A stretch of 64,000 nt of DNA, taken from the NCBI GenBank assembly GCA_963719225.1, contig CAVRAY010000001.1, positions 3,584,001-3,648,000 of the forward strand. Direction: 5' to 3'. Under the pieces are notes generated by a model. That model made no database searches. It was not told the origin of the DNA and saw nothing but the letters and a program-made list of their open reading frames with translations. Source of the stretch: Thermoanaerobaculia bacterium. Lineage in GTDB: Bacteria; Acidobacteriota; Thermoanaerobaculia; UBA5066. The stretch's first letter is position 1. Each line of letters begins with the position of its first letter. Positions 28,477 to 36,724 of this stretch are shown in pieces. The position numbers were made by a program, and so were the translations under genes.

Positions 28477-29469
28477 ATGAACAGAAGGCTCACGTCCTAC
28501 GGACCCGCGCTTCTCGCCCTCGTGGCGGTTCTCGCCGCCCTTCCGGCCGCGGCCACGATCGACGTCATGTACGTCACTCACACCTCGGGGCCCGCCCTCT
28601 GCAACAACTTCACGACGAACAACATCGACTACGGCCGTTTCATCTCCTCGGGCGACCGGATCACCGTCGCTCGCGACACGACGTTCCGAGTGACCCTCCT
28701 GGGGTTCGGAGCAGACCTCGCGACGGGGACGGACGACAACGTCACGGGCCTTCGTTCGGAAATCGTCGCCCACGGCACGACGGACAAGCCCGGCGGCGGC
28801 GTCCATTTCGGCCAGAAGGACCAGACCGGCTACGTCCGCGTCGAGATCCGCGTGCACACGGCTGAGCTCGGGAACGGCCACGTGACCGTCAAGTGGCTCA
28901 CGGGCACCGAGAAGATCCCTCTGAAGATCGTGTCCTCCTGCAATCCCACCCCGACGCCTGCGCCGACGGTCGCGGCAACGCCGCGGCCGATCTCGCGCAT
29001 TCCCGTCGCGGGCTCTTCCGCGCCTCCGACCCTCCTGCCCGACCTCACGCCGACGGACTTCGTCAACTTCCGGACGTGCAACCCGAGCTCGTTCGGCACG
29101 TGCGTCCCGGGCCCGAACGACTGCAACGGCGCGTTCAAGGGTCAGAGGAAGTTCACGCAGCCCGACTTGCAGTACGGCGTGAGGAACATCTCGGGAGTCC
29201 CGGTCACGACAGCGTTCACCGTCGTCCTCAAGAAGAAGGACGGGTCGACGCTCGCGACGAACCCGGTGCCCAATCTCGCCGCGAACGGGACCGCCACGTT
29301 CACGTTCCACCGGGCCAACTCCAACGTCTGCGTCGAGCAGATCGGGCCGAACAAGGTGTGCACCTACTGCGCCGTCGCCATCGACGACGCAGGCATCGAG
29401 GTCGTCGTCGACTCCAACAACACGGTCGCCGAGGCCAGCGAGACGAACAACAGCCGAAAGATCCAGTAG
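28477..29469 (+). CDS. Secreted protein: N-terminal beta domain, PT linker, CARDB-like domain
   Basis: AGGAGG RBS, signal peptide; 'LPDL' and 'VVVDSNNTVAEASETNN' CARDB signature. Confidence 0.8.
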   Translation: MNRRLTSYGPALLALVAVLAALPAAATIDVMYVTHTSGPALCNNFTTNNIDYGRFISSGDRITVARDTTFRVTLLGFGADLATGTDDNVTGLRSEIVAHGTTDKPGGGVHFGQKDQTGYVRVEIRVHTAELGNGHVTVKWLTGTEKIPLKIVSSCNPTPTPAPTVAATPRPISRIPVAGSSAPPTLLPDLTPTDFVNFRTCNPSSFGTCVPGPNDCNGAFKGQRKFTQPDLQYGVRNISGVPVTTAFTVVLKKKDGSTLATNPVPNLAANGTATFTFHRANSNVCVEQIGPNKVCTYCAVAIDDAGIEVVVDSNNTVAEASETNNSRKIQ

Positions 29470-29491
29470 GCGCGGGGCGGACGGGGACGGG

Positions 29492-31597
29492 TCAGTTGAC
29501 GGGCTCGTCCTCGTCCGCGTCCAGCGTCGGGTCGTCCGCTTCGCCGAGCCTCGGGGCGTTCGCGCCCGCCACCGCCGGCAGCGTCGGCCCGGGCTCGAGC
29601 ACCCAGCGCTCGTACACGTCCTGGGGCAGCTCTCGGAGAAAGCGGCTCGGCTCGGTGACGACGACGATGCCGTAGCGGTCGAACGCCGCGAGGGGGTGGA
29701 CGAGCAGGAGCTCGTCCTTCGCGCGCGTGGCGGCGACGTAGAAGAGACGACGCTCCTCCTCGAGGCCCTCGGCCGTCCGCGCGGCCCTCACGTTCGGAAA
29801 GCGGTCCTCGATGAGCCCGAGGACGAACACGGCGCGCCATTCGAGCCCTTTCGCCTGGTGGATCGACGAAAGCACGAGACGCTCGTCGTCCTTCTCGCCC
29901 GCGATGACGGTCTCGCCGGAGGGCTCGCCGAAGAGCGTGACCTCCTCGAGGAAGCTCTCGACGCCGTCGTAGGGCAGCGCGAATTGCGCGAGAGCCTCGA
30001 GGTCGTCGAGGCGCGACTGATGATTCTCGAATCGCGATTTCGCGACGTGAGCGTAGCCGCCTTCGTCGACGACGAAACGGATCGCCTCCGCGGGCGCGGC
30101 AAGCAGAGACGGCCGCCGCAGCGATTCGAGCGTCCTCGCGAGCTCCTGGAGCGCGCGCTGCGCGCCGGCGGGAGCCTTTCGCATGTCGAGGCGCAGGAAC
30201 GAGCCGACCGGGTCGGGCGTTTCGGAGACCGCGGCCCACAGGGTCGCCGCCGTGCGCTCCCCGACTTTCGGCAGGAGCTTGAGGATCCGCTTGAAGGCCG
30301 TCTCCTCTTTCGGGTTCACGAGGAGGCGCAGATACGCGAGGACGTCCTTCACGTGCTGCTGCTCGAAGAAACGCATTCCCGAGCGAATCTCGTACGGGAT
30401 GCCGCGGCGCGTCAGCTCGATCTGGAGCTCGAGCGCCTGGTGGTGCGCGCGATAGAGCACCGCGATCTCGGCCAGCGGCGTTCCCTCGTCGCGCAGCTCG
30501 AGGACGCGCTGGGCCACGAACTCGGCCTGCTGGGAGACGTCGGAAGCGCCGACGACGGCGACCGGAATGCCCGTGGGGCGCGTCGCGCGAAGAGACTTCT
30601 CGAAGCGCCGCGTGTTCTGCGCGATGGAGGCGTCCGCGAGGCGGAGGATTTCGGGCGTCGAGCGGTAGTTCGTCTCGAGCGAGAAGACGCGCGTCCCCGC
30701 GTGCCGCCCCGGAAACCCGAGGAGCGCTTCGAAGTCCGCTCCGCGGAAGGAATAGATGGACTGCGCGTCGTCGCCGACGACCATGACGTTCGGGTTCTCG
30801 ACGTCTTTCACGACGAGGTCGACGAGGTCCGCCTGCAGCCGGTTGACGTCCTGGTACTCGTCGACGAGAACGTGCTTGAAGCGCGTGCCGAAGCTCTTCC
30901 GGATCGCGGGATGCTCGACGAGGAGTCTCTTGAAGTTCAGGAGAAGGTCGTCGTAGTCCATTCCGTTCGCCGCGACCTTTCGCTCGAGGTAGCGATGGAC
31001 GACCGCCCGGATCGCGTCGAGCTGCGGCAGGAAGTGCGGGTGCTCGGCCGTGATCACGTCGTCGAGCGGCCGCCCCGTGTTGACGCAGAGCGAGACGATC
31101 GCCCGGAGGAGATCGCCCTTGGGGAATCGCCGCTCCGTGACGGGAACTCCGAGGTCGGACGTCGCGGACTCCAGGAGGTCCTTCGCGTCTTCGGAATCGA
31201 GGATGCCGAAGTTCTGGCGGTAGCCGAGAAGCTCGGCGTGCGGGCGCAGAAGGCGTGCCGCGACCGAGTGGAAGGTCCCCGACGTCGCGCGGTTCAGGTC
31301 CGCTCCGATGAGCGTCTCGACGCGCCGTTTCATCTCGCGGGCGGCGCGGTTCGTGAACGTGAGGAGAAGAAGCGACGCGGGATCGGCTCCGTCCTCGATG
31401 AGCCGCGAAACGCGGTAGACGAGCGTGCGGGTCTTTCCCGAGCCCGCGCCCGCGACCACGACCGTCGGGCCGTCGGGGGCGAACACGACGGCCTTCTGCT
31501 CCTCGTTCAGCTCGCGGGCGTAGTCGACGCTATAGCTCTTCGGCGCCGCGGCGCGGCGGAGAACGTATCGGCGCAGGACGGGGGCCTCGTCGCTCAT
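29492..31597 (-). CDS. UvrD/PcrA/Rep family ATP-dependent DNA helicase
   Basis: AGAGSGKT, TFTNRAA, DEYQD, GDDAQSIYSFRGA, NYRS, HQAKGLEW, EERRLFYVA. Confidence 0.95.
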   Translation of the reverse strand: MSDEAPVLRRYVLRRAAAPKSYSVDYARELNEEQKAVVFAPDGPTVVVAGAGSGKTRTLVYRVSRLIEDGADPASLLLLTFTNRAAREMKRRVETLIGADLNRATSGTFHSVAARLLRPHAELLGYRQNFGILDSEDAKDLLESATSDLGVPVTERRFPKGDLLRAIVSLCVNTGRPLDDVITAEHPHFLPQLDAIRAVVHRYLERKVAANGMDYDDLLLNFKRLLVEHPAIRKSFGTRFKHVLVDEYQDVNRLQADLVDLVVKDVENPNVMVVGDDAQSIYSFRGADFEALLGFPGRHAGTRVFSLETNYRSTPEILRLADASIAQNTRRFEKSLRATRPTGIPVAVVGASDVSQQAEFVAQRVLELRDEGTPLAEIAVLYRAHHQALELQIELTRRGIPYEIRSGMRFFEQQHVKDVLAYLRLLVNPKEETAFKRILKLLPKVGERTAATLWAAVSETPDPVGSFLRLDMRKAPAGAQRALQELARTLESLRRPSLLAAPAEAIRFVVDEGGYAHVAKSRFENHQSRLDDLEALAQFALPYDGVESFLEEVTLFGEPSGETVIAGEKDDERLVLSSIHQAKGLEWRAVFVLGLIEDRFPNVRAARTAEGLEEERRLFYVAATRAKDELLLVHPLAAFDRYGIVVVTEPSRFLRELPQDVYERWVLEPGPTLPAVAGANAPRLGEADDPTLDADEDEPVN

Positions 31598-31628
31598 CCT
31601 CGGGAGAGATTACCCCGAGGGCAACGTC

Positions 31629-32303
31629 TCAATGCGAAGCGTCCGGGAAGCGTTTTTCCTCGCGCCGCCGAGCGTACGCGTCGCACGGATATCCGAACGT
31701 CGCTTCGAAGTCGCAGCCCGGCTTTCGGACTCCGAGCTGGAGCTTCTGCGTTCCCAGGAACCGCTCGGGCCAGACGAGGCCGAGAAAATCCTTCGAATAG
31801 GAGCCGAACTCCGCGACGGCCGGGAGAATCGGCGCGAGCGCGAAGAGCGCGTCGCGCATCCCGGGAGACAAGACGGCCGCCGCCTTTTCGCGCACCGCCG
31901 CAGCCCGTTCGCCGCCGAAATCCGAAAAGCCCGCCGCGAACGTTCCGCCAGAGCCCTTGAACACGACGCAGGCGTCGGGCGGCCGGACCGAAGAGCACGC
32001 GGGAATTTCTTCGAAGGAAGACAGCACGAGGCGCCGGGTGAGCGTCTCGCCGTCCGGGAGACGCCGGATCGACTCCGTCGAATCGCGCCCCTTGGGATCC
32101 TGACTCGAAACGAACACGAATCGCCCCGCCGGCGCCTTCACGAGAAGTCGGGTCGTATCTCCCGTCTCTTCCCTTTCGAAGAAAATCGAAAGCTCCCATG
32201 CCTTCCCGAAGACGAAGTGCCACCTCGCGGGCGCCGCCGCGGCGGAGAACGCCGACAGCAGGAGCCACGCGGCGAACGCCGCCGCGCTCGCCGCGGCCCT
32301 CAC
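31629..32303 (-). CDS. Secreted hypothetical protein
   Basis: GTGA overlap with the HD-GYP stop; signal peptide; paired cysteines. Confidence 0.55.
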   Translation of the reverse strand: MRAAASAAAFAAWLLLSAFSAAAAPARWHFVFGKAWELSIFFEREETGDTTRLLVKAPAGRFVFVSSQDPKGRDSTESIRRLPDGETLTRRLVLSSFEEIPACSSVRPPDACVVFKGSGGTFAAGFSDFGGERAAAVREKAAAVLSPGMRDALFALAPILPAVAEFGSYSKDFLGLVWPERFLGTQKLQLGVRKPGCDFEATFGYPCDAYARRREEKRFPDASH

Positions 32304-33859
32304 GGCGCGAGCGACGTCCAAACCTTTCCCTCGATGAACGCGGCGACCATCCAGGAGTCGAGCCGCTCGCGCTTCGCCTCTCGCTCCAGGATGCCGAGGG
32401 CCGCATCGCGCGGAACCGCTCTTTTGTAGGGACGGTCGGAGGCCGTGAGGGCGTCGTAGACGTCGCAGACCGTGAGAGCGCGGACGGCGGGCGGAATCAC
32501 GTCGCGGACCAGCCCGCGGGGATAGCCGGTCCCGTCCAGCTTCTCGTGATGCGCGTACGCGATCTCGGGAACCCGGGCGAGGTCGGCGGTCCAGGGAATC
32601 GTAGAGAGGAATCGCCACGTGTGCGAGACGTGGCTTTCCACGGCGCGCCGCTCGTCGTCGGAGAGGCTGCCTTGCGTGATGGACAGGAGCTCGAACTCCT
32701 CGGGCAGAAGGAGAGTCGTCAGGCGCCCACGGCGATCGCGGTACGAGAGCGCCAGCAGCGTCTCGAGCCGGCCCCGCGCGTCCCTCGGCAGGACGGTCGG
32801 CTCGTTCGCGGCGACGATCTCTTCGAAGAGATCTTCGAGGGCGCGTGCGCGCGCGGCGGCTGCCGCGTCGAGCCCCTCCAGATCGGCGGCGTCGACGGGA
32901 CCACCCTCGCACAGGCGCCGCTCCAGGAGCTCACGCGCCTCTCGGGCCTCCTCCGAGGCGAGCGAGCAGTCGAAGCGGTCGCGGATCTTTCCGAGCCCTT
33001 CCTCCGAGAGCTTCTTCGCCTTGACGAGGACGCGCTCGGGGATCGAGATCTTCCCGAAGTCGTGGAGGAGCGCGGCCGTGCCGATCTCCCGGAGCTCTTC
33101 CCTGGAGAAGGTCACGGCAGCGTACGGGCCGTCCGCCGCGCGGTCCACGAGAGAAGCGAGCGCGACGGAAAGGGCCGAGACGCGATTGCTGTGGCCCGCC
33201 GTAGTCGGATCGCGCTGCTCGACCGCCACGATCGCGGCCCGCGCGAAGTCCTCGAAGAGCTTCCGGATCGACGCCGTCAGGTTGTTCGCTTTCAGGCAGA
33301 CCGCCGCCTGTGTCGCGAGCGACAGCAGGAGGGGCACGAGGTCCTCCGGGTACGTCTCGTACGTTCCCGGCGCGCGTCCCCGACGGTTCATGAGCTGGAG
33401 GACGCCCACGAGGTCGCCGCGGTGATCCTTCATCGGGACGACGAGCATGGCGCGCGTGCGAAACCCGGTCGCGAGGTCGAACGCATCGTTGTGCCGGTAC
33501 GGCGCGCCTTTCGGCAGCGCGTACGCGTCCTCGAGAACCAGGGGCTCGCCGTGCACGGCCACCCAGCCCGCGAGGCTCTCCTCGTTCACTTTCACCGTGC
33601 GCTCGGAGAAAGCGAACGAAACCGCGTCGTTCTGCGCGAGCTTGAAACGCAGCCGCCGCCCTTCCGGCGCGTCCTCCACCAGATAGAGGCTGCCCGCCTC
33701 GGAATCCGAGAATCGCCGCGATTCGGTCAGGATCGTCTCGAGGAGCTTCTCGAGATCACGCTCGGCGGACAAGGCGATCCCGATCCGGTTCAGGGCAGCG
33801 ATCCTCTCTTCGGCCTGCCGAAGGCGTTCCTGGAGAAACGACACCTCGTCCGAGCTCAT
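32300..33859 (-). CDS. GAF + HD-GYP cyclic-dinucleotide phosphodiesterase
   Basis: GAF domain, 'GHSNRV', LLHDFGK, HHEKLDGTGYP, DVYDALT..RPYK. Confidence 0.92.
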   Translation of the reverse strand: MSSDEVSFLQERLRQAEERIAALNRIGIALSAERDLEKLLETILTESRRFSDSEAGSLYLVEDAPEGRRLRFKLAQNDAVSFAFSERTVKVNEESLAGWVAVHGEPLVLEDAYALPKGAPYRHNDAFDLATGFRTRAMLVVPMKDHRGDLVGVLQLMNRRGRAPGTYETYPEDLVPLLLSLATQAAVCLKANNLTASIRKLFEDFARAAIVAVEQRDPTTAGHSNRVSALSVALASLVDRAADGPYAAVTFSREELREIGTAALLHDFGKISIPERVLVKAKKLSEEGLGKIRDRFDCSLASEEAREARELLERRLCEGGPVDAADLEGLDAAAAARARALEDLFEEIVAANEPTVLPRDARGRLETLLALSYRDRRGRLTTLLLPEEFELLSITQGSLSDDERRAVESHVSHTWRFLSTIPWTADLARVPEIAYAHHEKLDGTGYPRGLVRDVIPPAVRALTVCDVYDALTASDRPYKRAVPRDAALGILEREAKRERLDSWMVAAFIEGKVWTSLAP

Positions 33860-36699
33860 CGGGCCGCCTCGAGCTTCCCCCCGCGCCGGCGGGCGACGAC
33901 GCGCTCGGGCGGGAAGGTGACGACGAACCGGCTGCCGCGCTCACGTCCCTCGCTCTCGGCGACGATCGTTCCGCCGTGCGCCAGGACGATCGCGCGCGCG
34001 ATGGCGAGGCCGATGCCCAGCCCGCCGAAACGGCGGTTCGAGGACGTCTCCTCCTGCCGGAAGCGATCGAACACGAGCGGCAGGAACTGCGGGTCGATGC
34101 CGTGGCCCTCGTCCTCCACGGAGATCTCGAGTCCCCCGCCCGAGGCCAGACGTCCCGCCACGCGTACGGTTCCCCCGGACGGCGAGAACTTGATCCCGTT
34201 CGCGAGAAGATTCCAGAGGACCTGCTTGAGGCGCGCGGCGTCGCCTTCCACGGACGGCAGGTCCGGGTCGAGATTGTTGCGGATGACGACGCCCCGGCGC
34301 CGGGCGCCCGGGCTCACGGCGTCGAGAGCCGCCGCGAGGATCTCGGGGATCGCGACCGGGCCGCGGCGGAGCTCCAACCCGAAATTGTCGATCCGCGACA
34401 GGTCGATCAGGTCCGCCAGCATCCGCGTGAGCGTGTCGGCCTGCCCGAGAATGGCTTCGAGGGCGCGCCGCGCCTCCGCGTCGTCGCGGCGGGAATCGAG
34501 CAGGACCTCGGCCCATCCCACGATCCCCGTCAGCGGCGTGCGGATCTCGTGGGAGAGATTCGCGAGGAAGTCGTCCTTCAGCCGGTTGCTCCGCTGGAGC
34601 TCTTCGATCAGACGGGCGTTGCGGAGCGCGATCGCGGACTGCTCGGCCAGGAGCGCGAGCGTCTCGCCGTCCTCCGGCGAGAAAGCTTCTTGCTCGATCG
34701 CGAGCACCTCGAGGACGCCGAGCCGGTGATCGCCGACGCGGATCGGCACGGCCATCAGCGATCGCACGTCCGGATTCTCGACGGCGGAGCGGGCGCGGGC
34801 CCGCGTGCCCGAATCCCAGCCGGCGGAAATCTCGTCGAATCCGGCCACCTGGAGGAACACGGGACGGTTCTCGAGGAAGGCCCGGCCCGCACACTTGAGT
34901 CGCGCCAAGGCGTGCGGTGCGATCCCGGCCGCGCGCAGCGTCATGTCCCCCAGGCCGTCGGCGGCGGCGACCGAGAGGCTCGTGTTGCCCGCGTCGCTCA
35001 CCCACGCGACGCAGCCGTCGGCACGCGGGAACGCGCGCGTGGTCTCCTCGACGACCGACGTCAGGACATCCGGCGCGTGCAGGCGGAAGTTGAGGAGCTG
35101 CGTGGCGCGCGTCACCGCTTCGAGAACGCGCGTGCGCTTTTCCAGAGTCTCGACGAGCTCGGACAGGCGCAGCGCCAGGGCCGCGCGTTCGGCGAAGGAG
35201 CGGATCGTGCGGGCGTCCGCATCCGAGAAGGCGGCGGGGCGCCCCGATTGGAGGTCGAAAACGCCGACGACGCGGTCGTCGAGCACGAGCGGAACGACGA
35301 GCTCCGAGCGCGCGTCGCGCCAGCCCGCGACGTAGTCCGGCTCGCTCTTGACGTCGGGGACGTTCAGGACGCGCCCGGAACGCGCGGAGAGCGGAATGAG
35401 GCCCGCCTCGCCGAGCGGAATGGCGGAGACGGAGTCGACTCGGGACGACCACTGACCGCGCCGGCCGTGCGGAACGAGGACACGGCGTTCCTCGTCCACG
35501 AGGAGGAGGCTGCACGCCTCGTGTCCGAAATGCTTCGCGAGCGCGTCGAGGATCTGGTCGAGGAGAATCCGGCGGTCGGCCGTGCGCGTGAGGAGGGCGT
35601 GAGAGGCGTCGGCGAGGCTTTGGGCTCCGCGCATGGCCTCCGCGACGGCGTCTGCGGCGCGCCGCTGCTCGAGCGCGACGCCCACGAAATCGGCGAGCGA
35701 TTGCAGCGTCTCGACATCGTCGAACTCGATCCGGCGGGACGTGTCCCGGCTCGCGACGCTCATGACGCCGATCGTCTTGCCCGCCGACCGCATGGGAAAG
35801 ACGCCGAAGGAACGCGCGCCGAGCTGGCGGAATCTCTCCTTCGAGGGACCCTCGGGCTCCTCTTCGACGTCGTTCACGATGAGCGGCTGCCCGGATTCGA
35901 GGACACGGAACGAGACGGTCGGACGCTCCGGCGTCAGGGGGATGCGTCCCGAGAAATCTCCCGCGTCGGTCCCGCCGTACCCGCCGAGGCCGATGACGGC
36001 GTCCCCTTCCGGCGCGACGAGCGAGAAGACGCCGATCGGGAAGAGCAGGGTGTCTCGAAGGCCCGAAAGCGCCGTCTCGACGACGTCGTTCACGGTCGTG
36101 GATCGCTGGACCGCGGAGGCGAGGTCGAAGAGCACCGACAGGCGGTCCCGCTCCCGGCCGAGCTCCTCGACGAGCTCGGTCTGCTTGAGGGCCGCCGACA
36201 TGTGATGAACGGCCGACTCCAGGAAGGCGACGTCTTCCGGACTCCAGCTGCGCCGCTCCCGCACGGACGCCGCGGCCACGAATCCCCGGAGCGTGCTGTC
36301 GATGCCGATCGGGACGGCGAGAAGGGACTTCGTGCCGAGCTGACGCAGGATCTCGCGCCCCTCCTCCAGGTCGGGCGTGTCTTCGACGTCCCCCACCACC
36401 ACGGACTCGAACCTCTTCAGCCTCGCCGAGACCACCGACTCGGACAGCGGGATCGTCACCGGAATCGGGTCGACGCCGTCCGCGGCCCACGACGCGCGCA
36501 CGACGAGCTCGTCGTCACCGCCCGCGCCGAACAGGAAGAGCGCGAGACGATCGACGTCGAGAATCCGGCCGATCTGCGCGACGGACCAGTCGAGGAACTC
36601 CTGGAGCTGCACCCCCTCGACGAGCGCGAGGGCGAACTCCGAGAGGAACCGGTCGCGCACGACGCCCGGATCCGTGACACCACGATCGTCCCGAGCCAC
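33856..36699 (-). CDS. Cytoplasmic multi-GAF sensor histidine kinase
   Basis: About four GAF repeats; H-box LSHEIRTPL, N-box NLLANGIKF, DEGHG, GGLGIGL; start uncertain. Confidence 0.9.
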   Translation of the reverse strand: MARDDRGVTDPGVVRDRFLSEFALALVEGVQLQEFLDWSVAQIGRILDVDRLALFLFGAGGDDELVVRASWAADGVDPIPVTIPLSESVVSARLKRFESVVVGDVEDTPDLEEGREILRQLGTKSLLAVPIGIDSTLRGFVAAASVRERRSWSPEDVAFLESAVHHMSAALKQTELVEELGRERDRLSVLFDLASAVQRSTTVNDVVETALSGLRDTLLFPIGVFSLVAPEGDAVIGLGGYGGTDAGDFSGRIPLTPERPTVSFRVLESGQPLIVNDVEEEPEGPSKERFRQLGARSFGVFPMRSAGKTIGVMSVASRDTSRRIEFDDVETLQSLADFVGVALEQRRAADAVAEAMRGAQSLADASHALLTRTADRRILLDQILDALAKHFGHEACSLLLVDEERRVLVPHGRRGQWSSRVDSVSAIPLGEAGLIPLSARSGRVLNVPDVKSEPDYVAGWRDARSELVVPLVLDDRVVGVFDLQSGRPAAFSDADARTIRSFAERAALALRLSELVETLEKRTRVLEAVTRATQLLNFRLHAPDVLTSVVEETTRAFPRADGCVAWVSDAGNTSLSVAAADGLGDMTLRAAGIAPHALARLKCAGRAFLENRPVFLQVAGFDEISAGWDSGTRARARSAVENPDVRSLMAVPIRVGDHRLGVLEVLAIEQEAFSPEDGETLALLAEQSAIALRNARLIEELQRSNRLKDDFLANLSHEIRTPLTGIVGWAEVLLDSRRDDAEARRALEAILGQADTLTRMLADLIDLSRIDNFGLELRRGPVAIPEILAAALDAVSPGARRRGVVIRNNLDPDLPSVEGDAARLKQVLWNLLANGIKFSPSGGTVRVAGRLASGGGLEISVEDEGHGIDPQFLPLVFDRFRQEETSSNRRFGGLGIGLAIARAIVLAHGGTIVAESEGRERGSRFVVTFPPERVVARRRGGKLEAAR

Positions 36700-36724
36700 T
36701 GGGAACTCAGTTTATCCTCACGGG

